This document shows positions 1 through 13,274 of a stretch of DNA of 64,000 nt, piece after piece. Source of the stretch: Octopus bimaculoides. Lineage: Eukaryota. A model generated the notes under the pieces. The model made no database searches. It saw only the letters and a list, made by a program, of their open reading frames with translations, and was not told the origin of the DNA. The position numbers and the translations under genes were made by a program. The stretch is taken from positions 109,806,851-109,870,850 of the forward strand of contig NC_068982.1 of assembly GCF_001194135.2 (NCBI RefSeq), read 5' to 3'. How positions within the stretch are numbered: the stretch's first letter is position 1; every line of letters begins with the position of its first letter.

Positions 1-171
1 GTTGTTTTGCTTTTAATGCTTGATGTTCTTTAACATTTGGCATCGCGTAGGGAGCTTTCCCTGGACGCTGTCCCGCTACAAAATTGACATAGAAACCAAA
101 CACGTACACTATGTATGTGCTACCGATAATGCTTATGTGTGTGTGTATATGTGTGTGTGTGTGTATGTGTG

Positions 172-206
<35 letters not shown>

Positions 207-407
207 GTATGTGTGTGTATACATTCGAACATACGAATGTGTGTATATTTATGTGCGTATATTCGCACGCGCATGTGCACATGTACGGTCCATAACGTAA
301 TATATATATATATATATTCTTTTATACTTTAATATACACATCTTGTCATTCTCTAACTATCTATAAGTAAGATAAAACACTTCCAGGAGAAGAATATATA
401 TACTCAC

Positions 408-476
408 CGTGCTATACTGGGATGCATTCTTGAAAACTTCTCTGGTAATTTTCTGCGGTGTATTGAGAGTAGGAAC
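408..476 (-). CDS. Coding exon (69 bp, phase 0-0) of an unidentified host gene: VPTLNTPQKITREVFKNASQYST
   Basis: Minus strand reads ttatatgtttcag|GTTCCT...AGCACG|gtgagt. Open frame, and the phase matches the end of the 6997-7262 exon. Confidence 0.7.
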
Positions 477-1520
477 CTGAAACATATAACAAATCAATGC
501 TAAATGTTAATGGCAACAAGTTCATTTAAGTAGATGTTTCCTCGGCGAACATAATTTCCAACTTGGGCTTTAATTCACATTTCAGTTTGTCTTCTAAAAA
601 TTTCACCTCACATCAGATATTACTTCCTCACATGCCTGGCAAACACTTACGTCACAGAACGTGTGTTATGATGAAGAATGACATAAGTTAGCTTCTATCA
701 TCCACTTTCGATTCTTGATTAAACTTATTTCGCCTCATTTACATTATTAGTACTCTTTTGCCGCCACACAAGTCGAATTACTCTTTGGCGTACTCTGTTG
801 ATTACGGTTGTAAAGAAAATTATCTGGTTTGTATTTGATTGAAACTGGGGACTGAAACTGGGGATTATTTCTTTTCCACTTACTTTGTATCGAATATGGT
901 TAGAATATTCCTCAGTAAACTATTGATATTAATTTTATCAAAAATTCTAATCTTAAAATTTCTTAAACTAAATTCTCGGAATGATTTAAACTCAAATGAA
1001 CGAAATTAAATTAAAAGCATTGTTATTTTTATACACTAACCTGCCATAAAAACAATTTTAATAGAGATAATGATATATCTTCACAGAATGCAATGTTATA
1101 ATAAATTGCAGAGTAACAAGCACGTTATTTGACCATATGTACAATCTATGTGTGCTGCTGACTAACCTAATGAAACCGCAATTAGGCTATATATATATAA
1201 TCCCTGTTTATCCTACATAACTTAACATATATGACTGTACACTATTGATTCTCAGTCTTTTTGACATCGGGACGTGCTGAAGATAAGATTAAAATTAACG
1301 GTACATTTCACTTAGAACTGTTAAAGAAAATAAACTATCTTAAAGTAAATAACTTAACAAATACAGAAAACTATCGTTTATGTTGTTTGTCATTCATAGT
1401 TGCATACATTATGCGCTTATGAATAACACGATTTTCAAAACGCTGAAACATTTGTATGGACTTTTTAAAGCCTTAAAATATATTTTTAAAAATTCCACCT
1501 TGTATTTAGATGCTTTTGCG

Positions 1521-1572
1521 ACATACCGTTTGAGAACTTCTATTCTACATACCGTTTGAGAACTGCTATTCT
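1521..1572 (+). repeat. 26-bp tandem duplication
   Basis: acataccgtttgagaact(t/g)ctattct twice. Confidence 0.9.
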
Positions 1573-3016
1573 TCTAGCATAAAGTTGTATTGTACACTTT
1601 TATGATTTTCAATTACATTAGCAATATATGTGTTTATACATACACATACACATGTGTGTGTGGGCTGTCGATTTCATATATCCCGAACAAAGTCGTGTTA
1701 TATTATCCATTTGTTCCTTGACAATATGTCACTCGCCGCTGCTTACACATACACACCGTGACTTGTGTATATAGTAGAAATTTGGTTATTACTAGACCAC
1801 TTCCCTTTATATTCTACTCAAAAGTGACTTCCCCCGTTACATGCATCTAGAAACGTTATCGTCAAATCCCATAAATTCGGTACATTTTTCATATAGCTTG
1901 TAGAATCTTTTCTGATACTTTATGTTTTAATCATGGAGACTTACATCGTTATTCTAAATATCCTAACTTAGCCTGTTACATTTTTATTGAGCTCTGTGAG
2001 AAAAAATCCTCGGCTGCAAGTTTATGTGAATTCGTTATACATTATTAGTATGTCTATGTATGTTGGTATATATATGTATATACATTAGAATACGCACACA
2101 TGTACACAGACATGTATATACACCACGTAGACGTTTGGGTTCATTGTATGTGGGTATTTGTGGTAGATGAATAGGGGTTTCGAATTTTGGCACAGGGCAA
2201 ACGTTTTCAGGGTGACGGGGCAATTCGATTGCATCGACCCAGTACTTATTTTATCCACTTAGCTTGTTACATTTTTATTGAGCTCTTTGTGAGAAACAAT
2301 GCACTACTGCAAATTCATGGAAATATGATATACATTAGTAGTATGTCTGTGTGCATTAACTGTTCTTCTTAAGCACCAAGTAGGTCTGATCGAGTAGAGC
2401 TATGATCTAAGCCACTACGACCAATATCATCCCGTGTCTTTTTGCTCACCAGATAAGATTCGTTCTAGTTAACTATATGTCCTTAAAAAGAACCGAGTGT
2501 GCATATTGAGAGAGATTTGGTTCTTATTTCCTAGAGGGAGAGTTACAAGGTAGAGATTACGTATATATTATCAGTAAGTATTATAACGAAAACAAAAATT
2601 ATATTCCTGTACAAAGTATTTCACTACAAATAATTAAGCCGCAGCATTATATATATATATATAAATACATGCATGTATTCATGTATGCGTACATACACAT
2701 AAACGAACACTAGTACACTCTCATATTCATTTATCTGCTTGTGTACGTTCATAAATCTAATGCGGTACTGTTGAATCTATGTCGGCGAGATTAAAGACAT
2801 TAGACAGAATATCGACATTAGAAATCTCTTTGGAATTGTTGTGAATCGATAAATCAACTTCTGCTAACTAGAAAAATGTTAAAGGGGACAAAAAGAAAAT
2901 TCGGTTCATACAGGATACGCATCCAACTGAATTTGACACGTGTGAAGTAATTGGAGAAGTTATGTGCACACAGATATATACATATACTTGCAGATACAGA
3001 CACACAAAGACATTTA

Positions 3017-3071
<55 letters not shown>

Positions 3072-3092
3072 TTTGTTTTTCATGTATAGCTA

Positions 3093-3157
<65 letters not shown>

Positions 3158-3177
3158 ATACACANNNNNNNNNNNNN

Positions 3178-3229
<52 letters not shown>

Positions 3230-3338
3230 GTGTGTGTGTATACACATACACAAACGTATATGCTTGAAGATACGCCCACATGTACACAGAAATATATATA
3301 AATGTACACACACACACGCATACACGCACACATATATA

Positions 3339-4197
3339 CAGGGTGTGATGGACAAATTGTCGCCACTTTATATTTTTAATTTTGCGCATGTGCATTCTTT
3401 GTATTTGATTTTGTCGACTACGCAGTATAGTAGGATCAGTTGGGCATCGTATGTGAGAAAAACAGCACCATGATGCAATTCATTCTGTCAGAAATTTGGA
3501 AACGACATGCTGTACTGCCTGGCATTCGCACCGGAAGCTCCAATACGAACATTCAGTGTTTGGGTGTCAATCTGGAAATAGTGAAATCTGAGGACTTGTA
3601 CCGAGGGTGATAAAAATCAAACATCCAGTCAACATCATAGTGATCGTGATGTTATGCCTCCATTCATCTTCCCACTCGGTCTCAGACTCAGCACCGAGGC
3701 TTACATCAAGTGCCTGGAGGAGGTGGCGCCTTCCTGGGTCAAGAGGGTAGCTGTTGGAAGACCATATATCTGACAACAGAACTCTGCATCATGCCACACA
3801 AGCAGGAGAATCTAGTCATAGCTATCAGACAATTTCTGCGCCCACATCACCCCTAATATGTGACCACCTAACTCCCCAAACTGCAATCCCCTTGATTATT
3901 ATGTGTGGCACGCGGTTGAATGAGAGACTAAGACGAACAAAACTCCTTGTAACACCAAAGATGAACTGAAGGCAAGGATTCACCAACTTATAGAAGGCGA
4001 CCGCCCAGAAGAGTTGCAGGAGATTCCGAAGTCATCTGGAGGCCATAGTTGAAGCCAATGGTGATTTTATTGAATAAATTTACGATTTAGTATTTCAAGA
4101 TATTTTTATGTAATATTGGTAAATATATCTGTTAACTTGAGATCTCAGTGTTATTTTCATTTTTACGTAATTTAGAAAATATATTCACCGCAACCTG
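3339..4197 (+). mobile_element. Internally deleted Tc1/mariner transposon of the DD37D (maT) type; transposase pseudogene
   Basis: TA-flanked degenerate TIRs (TA|CAGGGTGTGATGGACAAATT and AATATATTCACCGCAACCTG|TA). Translation *QQNSASCH...*PPNSPNCNPLDYYVW has 37 residues between the second and third catalytic positions, with several stops. Confidence 0.8.
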
Positions 4198-4522
4198 TAC
4201 ACATGCGCGCGCGCGCACCACGCATACGTTTGTCTATGTGTGTATGTGTTAATTTATGGCAGATGAATAAGGGTTTCGAATTTTGGCACAGGGCAACCGA
4301 TTTCAGGGTGACGGAGTTATTCGATTGAATCGACCCAGAACTTATCTACTGGTACTTATTTTAACCACGCCGAAAGGACGAAAATCATGGTTGATAAATA
4401 ATGATTACTTATCTCGAACTGCTGTTTCGCTTGGATGCCCAGCCGTCCATAAATAACACTCTACATGCTTCCAGCATGAAGTTGTATTGAGTAATTAGAT
4501 GGGTCTGTTATGCAGCATAATA

Positions 4523-4564
<42 letters not shown>

Positions 4565-5629
4565 GCGCGCGTATCCCTTAAAAATTATAAATTTATCGTT
4601 ATTAAGCAACTAATTCTACTACATCTATCACAGCAACAGATTTCACCTTGCATTAGCGTATTGTTAGAAATTCTCACAACCATAACAAAAATTGAATAAA
4701 ATATTGATGTTCGGACGAGAATTCATCATTTCTGATTTCGATAAAGTAAACAAAAACATTCATTTTTTCCTATATTCGAAGAGGAGAGAATTTTCGTCCG
4801 TTTCTATGATATATCTTGTGCCTTTAAGCACCAAGTCTATAAAATATGTTATATCAGAAGAAATACAGTAATAGCTAGTCTATTAAATATGATATTCAGA
4901 TGGCTCGCAGGTTTTTGTGTTTTGTTTTTTATTGAAATATTTTATTTTACATTCATTCGCTTTACTGTATGGAAAATGTGTCTTGATACTTCTAAGACGT
5001 GAAAGTGCAGTATCTAGTCGTTAGAGTATTCTGCTTATAACCATAAGATCCCGTGCCTAGTATCTGGATTGAATAGTCTATTGTGTCCTTGAAAGTTACA
5101 CCATTTCGCGACGCTCAAATTTACACAGCTGTGTTTTACAGTTGCACGATGGTAAAGTCTTCTTTCCCTGTGGTTATCACATCCTAGATGCTCTGTTGGA
5201 TCAAGGGTGAGGGGGTTATGTTGTCTATGTCTGCTGGCGACTACATATGTATCTGGATCAATCAGCAGAAAATGGGATAGTCTACTAAACCATATTCTCT
5301 CACGGTTGTCAGCCAGATGTGCTGTACATTTGGAAAGATATCAGCAATAGCATGTAGTCTTAAACTACGATTATTATCTAGCCAATGTCAAGAAACGAGA
5401 CAAAGGTACATGACGCTCATTGGAGATTAAGTTATATGTATATTAAGTTATAATGCCCATTCGTCAGTGACTGATTGATTTGGATATTAGACTGAGCATT
5501 TCGCTGAAGACTTAACTTAGAAACCACGACAAGTAAATATTAACTATCACTTATCATTTCAATATCAGTTTTAACAAGAACGAATTGACCTTAGCATTTA
5601 TATTTTTAACTGATACTTATTCTTTCACT

Positions 5630-6125
5630 ATTTTTGGCCGAACCGTTAGGTAGCACCGGTTGCTAAGCAATGGTGAGGAACAATCATAAACACAAACACA
5701 CACACACACACACACACACCTGTGCATGTATATATACATATATATATANNNNNNNNNNNNNNNNNNNNNNNNNNNNNNNNNNNNNNNNNNNNNNNNNNNN
5801 NNNNNNNNNNNNNNNNNNNNNNNNNNNNNNNNNNNNNNNNNNNNNNNNNNNNNNNNNNNNNNNNNNNNNNNNNNNNNNNNNNNNNNNNNNNNNNNNNNNN
5901 NNNNNNNNNNNNNNNNNNNNNNNNNNNNNNNNNNNNNNNNNNNNNNNNNNNNNNNNNNNNNNNNNNNATATATATATATATATATACGACGGGTATCTAC
6001 ATAGTTTCTGTCTACCAAATTCACTCACAAAGCATTAGTCGACTCGGGGCGAAGATAGATGACATTTTCCAAAAGTGCCGTGCAGTGGGATTGAATTCGA
6101 AACCACCTGGTTGCAAAGCCACACA
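5630..6125 (-). mobile_element. SINE family 2, degenerate copy spanning a gap
   Basis: gtttctgtctaccaaattcactcacaaagc...gtgccgtgcagtgggattgaa matches the other family 2 copies. Confidence 0.7.
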
Positions 6126-6429
6126 TAAAATTCAAGAATGAAAACTCAGAATATATTTTTATTTATTTATTTAGAGGATGCGAAAGACAAAACATAGTTC
6201 AAATTGTATCAAAATTTAGTGCACAGTCACTTTCTCAGATAAAGAAAACTTAAGATAATTTAATAATATATGCATACATACGTACGCACAATCATACATA
6301 CAGTCTCTATGCGGAATGGTAAAAATATGCAATACTTTTCTCAAGTTAAAACTAAATTTGTTTTTGATTTTTATCTTCGTATCATTGTTAAAAACCAACT
6401 TCTTTCTTATAGGAATATTTGAAATGATT

Positions 6430-6760
6430 AAACACAGAAGATAGGAGAAACCTGATTCGAAGACTATAGACCTAAACCATCACTGGAACTTTAAACTTTG
6501 TAAAACTTTCCAGACGTTTAACATTTAAATATATTATGCGCACTTCTAGACATGTAACTATGTGCATGGGAATACATACATAAACAAAACATACAAATCT
6601 GCAAATGCGCTCACTCCAAATATTGCACATATGCACACACACTTACACATGCAATAATACCCTGTTGGTGTTGGAATTCCAATGAAGAAGCCTTGGATCT
6701 AGATTAAAAATCGCCTCTGTCTCTATTAACAAGAAATCTTGAAATAAAACGGAATAATGA
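6430..6760 (+). repeat. Unclassified interspersed repeat (also at 8140-8350 + and 46500-46930 -)
   Basis: Shared blocks tctagacatg.aactat.tgcatg.gaatacatac.taaacaaaacatacaaat, and cttggatctagatta...aagaaatcttgaaataaaac in the first and third copies. Confidence 0.8.
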
Positions 6761-6996
6761 CATACATACATACATATGTACATACATACGCACACACGCA
6801 CATACACATACATACATACATACATACATACATACAAACATACATAATACATATATACATACATACATATGCATGCGCATTCTTCGCACACTCGCCCACA
6901 TGTATACATAAACGCATATATATATGTTCATCTATTTCAATAAGTAAACATTACAAGAGATTTCAAAGCTGAAATAAGCATTCATCAACGACTCAC

Positions 6997-7262
6997 CTTT
7001 TCATAAGGAAGATGCGCATGACGTGGAAACCGAGTCATTTTTTTCTCTGGATAAATTGTTGGTGAGAAAACTGTCAGAAAAATTGATTTTTCATATGAAA
7101 GACTTTCATATGATCCATTTAAAGATTGTCTTGAGACGGTACACCTAATCGTGAAATTAAATTTCTTGGCATTCTCTAAGGCAGCAATATTATTTAAGGC
7201 CATCTCAGAAGTTATGTTGTCTATAGTTAATATTTCAGAGGCAGTCTTCTGGTCGGCTTTAC
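6997..7262 (-). CDS. Coding exon (266 bp, phase 1 to phase 0) of an unidentified host gene, probably extracellular: GKADQKTASEILTIDNITSEM...FPRHAHLPYEK
   Basis: Acceptor ttcttatttgttttag|GT and donor AAG|gtgagt bracket an 88-codon non-repetitive open frame (ORF track 6985-7284). N-x-S/T sequons at NIT, NFT and NGS. Confidence 0.8.
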
Positions 7263-7777
7263 CTAAAACAAATAAGAAACACACATTATAGGTGATTATC
7301 TTATATTTTATTCAAAATTTTCTCTTCCTGTCCATTTTAATCTTTTCTTTGAAACGATCCTGCTGAATCTACAATTTTGAAGCATATTGTAGATTTGAGC
7401 CAAAACTTTATGAATACCGGGTTTGGATATTGATGTTTCACTTCAATTCCTCTGCTAAAGTCTTGAGAAAAGGCATAGTACACTCACATCCATCAATCTG
7501 CTCGTTGAGGCAAAAAATACTGGGCTACGCTCATCATTCGGGATCAACAAATCAATTGTTCCTAATACATATTATAAAGAAATGTTTATCTTAGTACGCC
7601 CAGCCTTCAGATCATAAATTAAGTTTAGTTCAGTGAGCAACTACCACCACTGATAGCGTGGAAATATACTAGTGAGTGCAACATTAGGTTCGAATAAATG
7701 AATAAACTACTATATTCATTATAACATTCTTCAAACGTACGTTCCTGCGTATCTATACATAATACATACACGCACAC

Positions 7778-7820
<43 letters not shown>

Positions 7821-7824
<4 letters not shown>

Positions 7825-8095
7825 GTGATTGCTTCATCTTTGCAGACGATTGCCAACTCTCCATGTACCCCCATCAACCATCATCAGCTCCAAACGTCCG
7901 TCCATGGCTCCTGAAGTGGCTTTTAATTCCAGCATTGGATTTGCACGGTCTGCAGTAAATGTGACACAGAAAAGATATGCCCTCTTTTGGATTTATTCGG
8001 TCAGCTTGTGGGGTGTCATCCTTATGTACCTTCATATACCTTTTAAGACCAGGTATTGATTTGCAGATGTTGTCTCACCTAGCATTGGAGTTGGC
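7821..8095 (-). mobile_element. 3' end of an RTE-like LINE with two C2H2-like fingers, ending in a (TG)n tract
   Basis: Minus-strand translation ICKSIPGLKRYMKVH...CHIYCRPCKSNAGIKSHFRSH, then a stop, a short 3' UTR and a microsatellite. Confidence 0.5.
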
Positions 8096-9067
8096 TTTTT
8101 ATGTGATCTACATACATACATACATACATACATACATACATACTGCCTAAATACTAATCTTGAGAAATTGGGCTTCTCAAAATCAGAAGGGAGATAGCTG
8201 GTACGAAGACTACAGATCCAGTCTATCACTAGACCTGTAAACATGTGTAACTTTCTCGAAGTTTATCATTTAAGTGCATATGAGCATGTCTAGACATGCA
8301 ACTATATGCATGAGAATACATACGTAAAACAAAACATACAAATTTGTACACATACATACAACCATATACACCTACACTATTAATTTCGTTAATGTTTGAA
8401 TGTGTACACATCATTGTAGAATTTCGTATATTTTGACATCAAACTTGGTCCATGGGGTTGTAAATTCACGGCGTTGAGGATTCATAATTTTGTGTATATA
8501 TGTATTCTGCGAATCATGTGATGTCATTAATATGTGTAATGCACATTTATCTGTGTAATGAGGAATTTCAGCTTAAATTTATGGAGGCATGTGTCTTTTA
8601 GGCATGCCCCTATACGTATAAATAGTCGATGTCCAGAGAAAAAAACTTATTCATGCTGAAGGGCTGGCAGTGTAGGTGGGATGGGGGTCAAGCTTGAAAT
8701 TTTCGAAATATGAAATATTGCTTGTTCGTGCAGGGGGAGAAAGTTTCTTCCTTAATTGAATTGTCTCCCAGGATCTGTATATTTATTTGTTTAGCTCCAA
8801 ATCCTGTGCAGTCCCCTTTAGCTTCGTGTATTTCCTCCAAAATGGAGACGAGTATCAACGTCTCCTGTGGCAGGCTTAGTAATTGTTGAAAAATCTTATC
8901 TCAACGTGAAACCAATGGTAGCCTTATTAACTCACAAATAAAATGTGTGTGTGTGTGTGTGTTTGAAAATATGTCTTAAACTATTCAGCGCACCAAGATA
9001 GTAATTGAGCATAACACATCGAAATGTTTATAAAATATTTATTAACAAACATTGAAGCAGTCACTTC

Positions 9068-9432
9068 TGGCATGCAAGGGGCTAGACGACTAACGGAGGA
9101 GGAGACCCACTTCGGTCATGAATGACCATGGCATTGCACCTAGAAAGTTACCCTCAGAAGCACAAGTCCGGGCAAAGTTGGGTTTTTTTTATGTAGCAGT
9201 CGCCCATGCATACACCCTCGCCTCTCCACGCCACTGATGATATCCAAGGGAAAGGCAAAGGCCGATACAGCTTGGCACCAGTGATGCCGTAACTCATTTC
9301 TTCAACTGAGTTAACTGGAGCAACGTGAAATGAGGTGTCTTGCTCAAGAACACAACGCCCAGCCCGGTTCGGAAATCGAACTCACCACCTCACGATCGTA
9401 AGCTTGACGCTCTAACCACTGAGCCATGCACC
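9068..9432 (-). mobile_element. tRNA-derived SINE (family 1)
   Basis: Minus strand starts GGTGCATGGCTCAGTGGTTAGAGCG (A box), then GAGTTCGATTTCC (B box), then TGTTCTTGAGCAAGACAC and a non-tRNA body. Confidence 0.85.
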
Positions 9433-9938
9433 TAAAGACGACTAACAAGTGTTTCCTTTATGAGGGATTGTACACAAACTGAATGTGAGCTAAAATATTT
9501 TCAAATTATGTGTGGATTTATACAACTGAACGTGAATGTGTATATCTATGTGCAAAACGCACACAAACACGCACACGAATTTTAACTCATATAAATATGT
9601 GTACTTGTGTATGAGGGCATGTGTGTGCGTGGGTGCGAGAGAGAGACAGAGACAGTGTGCGTGTGTGTAATCTGAAATATTAATGGAGGTAGATTAGCTT
9701 GAAAGCTGGAAGTGATTCGTATCCCGGTAACTCTGTGTCCAAAAGACTAAACAACTAAATATAACGCTTTTTAGAATGTAATTTGTTTTCTATTATATTT
9801 GAATTAAATTTTAGATTAACAATTGAAGGATATGGGACAAAAGAATTAACTAGGATTAAATGGTTAAAGTATTCATAGTTATAACAGAAATAACATCAAT
9901 AGTATCTAAGGTTTCATGTTAGATTTTTTTTCCTGTCA

Positions 9939-10279
9939 TAGGCGTAGCTGCATGGTAAGTAATTTGCTTCCTAACCAAATAGTTCCAGGTTCAGTCCTAC
10001 AGCGTGGCACCTTGGGCATGCGTCTGCTACTCTATCCTCGGACCTTTTGAGTGAATTTGATAGGTAGAGACTGAAAGAAGCCAGTCGTATATATATGTGT
10101 GTAAGTGTGTGTGTGTGTTTGTCCCCCTAAACTAGCGGTTCGGTAAAAGAGAATGATGGAATAAATGTCAGGCTTTAAAAAAACATAGTACTGAGGTTGA
10201 TTCATTAGACAAAAAATCCTTCATGGCTGTACTCCTGCTTGGCCGCAGTCTAATGACTGAAACAAATAAAGGATAAAAG
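9939..10279 (+). mobile_element. tRNA-derived SINE (family 2, internal (TG)n)
   Basis: Head GGCGTAGCTGCATGGTAAG...GGTTCAGTCC, internal TG tract, tail GACTGAAACAAATAAAGGATAAAAG. Homologous to the copies at 18311, 20081, 35924 and 44196. Confidence 0.85.
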
Positions 10280-10489
10280 TTATACGATAAACTTAAAATA
10301 GATCAATGTTACAGTTATTAATTAAACATTAAGCGCCACCACTAACAGAACGAATTGCATAGAGATAACTAGAAAGCTAAGCAATAAAGTAACATGAATA
10401 CAATATCGATAGATATAAATATAATTGGCATGACTATGCTGTAACTAGAATGAAGGGACCATCAAAAGCTCGCGCACACACAAACACAC

Positions 10490-10513
10490 AGATCGGAAGA
10501 GCGTTGTGTAGGG
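10490..10513 (+). other. Illumina TruSeq adapter remnant (assembly contamination)
   Basis: AGATCGGAAGAGCGTTGTGTAGGG is 23/24 identical to AGATCGGAAGAGCGTCGTGTAGGG and lies immediately before an N-gap. Confidence 0.95.
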
Positions 10514-10565
10514 NNNNNNNNNNNNNNNNNNNNNNNNNNNNNNNNNNNNNNNNNNNNNNNNNNNN

Positions 10566-10619
<54 letters not shown>

Positions 10620-12635
10620 GCACGTATGCACACGGAGAAACAGATAGGTAGATAGATAGATATACATGCGTATATATCCACGTGTGATTGTACATAAATA
10701 TTCATTTGTATATATGTGTGCGTGTGCGTGCGTGCACGCGTGTATGTATGTGCGTGTATGTGCGCGTGTATATATGTAAGTATGAACACACGATTTTCAG
10801 TCTCATATGCAAATACGTGTTGTCTTGTCTAACATAATTTTGTTTAAATTTATATTTAGCTTCACATATTACTCTAAACATCTGACCACTCTTAGGAAAC
10901 ATTAACAGAACATAAAATCGAAATATTTAACGTTTTGAATCATTCATTTGCGTATGACACATCTCTGGGGAAGATTCGTTTTCTGAATAGACAAGTATCT
11001 TTCAACAATTGCTTTTTCAATGTATATTTTATTGGCATTTTGAAATTTTTTAGTTTGAAGTTAATCAAAAGATTCAATTCGGGTTAAATTAATTTCACTT
11101 TGCATCTCCAAAATCTGAAAACTGTATAGTGCAAGTTGAAAGTTACCGGAAACCCGTTTTATATGGTAAGTGATTTATATTCTGCCGCTGACCCTAACTG
11201 AATCCATTGTCGAGGTATTTTATTGCAACATATCCGTATACAGAGCTGCAAGTAGACAACACAAGAAGCAAATAAACTGCACTGTAGCCAGCGGCTGAAC
11301 AGTAAAATCGATGAGGATTTCGTTAATTTGGCGTACTGAAGTCGAACGTTCCATTAGAATTGGATCATGATAGAAATGGCAAAACAAAACACGGAATGAA
11401 TAAATGCAAAGTTCGAACTCCAATGTTCCATGCATTTTAAGCAATATTTAGTTACTCATGAAACTGACGAACGTGCAGTTTCAACATGATCTAATGTGTT
11501 ACAATTTCATAAACCGTAAGAGTTGATACCAGCTTTCAATTTGTCGTGAAATAAGTATCTGTATAGTACTGAGATTGATCAAATCAACGGTTTAGTCCCC
11601 AACAAACTGCATGACTTTGTGCTTATATAACTATGACACTATCTAGCATACAGAGCCTCCGTAATGCCAGTCGATAATATTCTGAGAAACTAAAGGCCAA
11701 TCAATTCAAACGATGACTTAGACAGCACGTGAACTCCTTCAGATGCAGAGACAGAAAAAACTCCTCTTCTCTGTTTTACTTCATCTAGAGCAAGGAAACG
11801 AATTCCCTAACTTCAGATGCAGATGCAGAATCTCATGAGATTCCTTTTCCGATGATCATCAGTCTTGCCTACACAGCAACCAGAAGAGTTGCGCAAAACA
11901 CGAACTGGATAAACTTGACACCTTCAGACTGTTAGCTTGACCACATGAAGGAATGAATCTCCATCTTGTCAACAGCTACACGTGGTAGACCCACTGGTGA
12001 CGCTAGACTATCCGTTCCGGCACATGAATAAACAAACAGGATAAATGTTTTTCACAGAACTCTGAACTTCATCATATGGACAAACAAATGGAGGTTCAAA
12101 ATTCACAATTTTTCTATAAGCTTTAGTATTTTTCTTTGCTTCGCTTTAAGCCCAAAGGATCTGACGATTTAGACGACCGTAGTAACATTTATGAAGCGTA
12201 GTAACTTATAATGCGAGGCTATTTAAAATAGTTAATACACGCGTGCACACACAAANNNNNNNNNNNNNNNNNNNNNNNNNNNNNNNNNNNNNNNNNNNNN
12301 NNNNNNNNNNNNNNNNNNNNNNNNNNNNNNNNNNNNNNNNNNNNNNNNNNNNNNNNNNNNNNNNNNNNNNNNNNNNNNNNNNNNNNNNNNNNNNNNNNNN
12401 NNNNNNNNNNNNNNNNNNNNNNNNNNNNNNNNNNNNNNNNNNNNNNNNNNNNNNNNNNNNNNNNNNNNNNNNNNNNNNNNNNNNNNNNNNNNNNNNNNNN
12501 NNNNNNNNNNNNNNNNNNNNNNNNNNNNNNNNNNNNNNNNNNNNNNNNNNNNNNNNNNNNNNNNNNNNNNNNNNNNNNNCACGCACGCACACAAACACAC
12601 GCACGCACACAAACACACGCACGCACACACACACA

Positions 12636-12813
12636 CGAGGGAGTGCTGAAAAGTTCCTGGTTTTAAGGGTAACGTGAAGGGCCTGCTTGGAGGCCCAGCC
12701 TACAGGAATTAAATAAACTAAAGTCCGTGAATCTGAGAGGGGAATGTGTTCAATAAAATCATAACTGATTCTCTTGTATTTTACCGAAAGTCAGGAACTT
12801 TTCAGCCCCTTCG
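12636..12813. mobile_element. Mariner-derived MITE (~178 bp)
   Basis: Left end CGAGGGAGTGCTGAAAAGTTCCTG is inverted relative to right end CAGGAACTTTTCAGCCCCTTCG|TA. Confidence 0.8.
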
Positions 12814-13274
12814 TATATATACACATATATATATATATATGTCTATAAGTACGTATACATGTGTGCGTGTATACATATCTCTATGTGTATAAACTGTATT
12901 TTTTTGTATAATTAGATATTGTTAATATAACAATACATAAAAACAGGCCAGAGTTGAAGTGCTCAGCATGAGCTAGAATTCAAATTATGGTAAGAATGGA
13001 TTCATAAGGGTGGAAGACCACAAAAACAATACCGTATATCCAACGCAAGATTTAATATATATATGTGTGTGTGTGTTCAAATTTAGTAGGAGAGTTTCCA
13101 TATATATATTCTTGGGTGGGATTGGTATATTTCTAGTAGAGATTCCCAAATGTTGTTTCTCCATTTAATCCAGTCCGTTTAGGACGTAAAGAAAATTGAA
13201 GAGGAGTTCTCACAAGTACAAGCATGTCGACCGGGAAGGTATAAACAAAAGAAAAGATGTTAAGACCAAATCCA

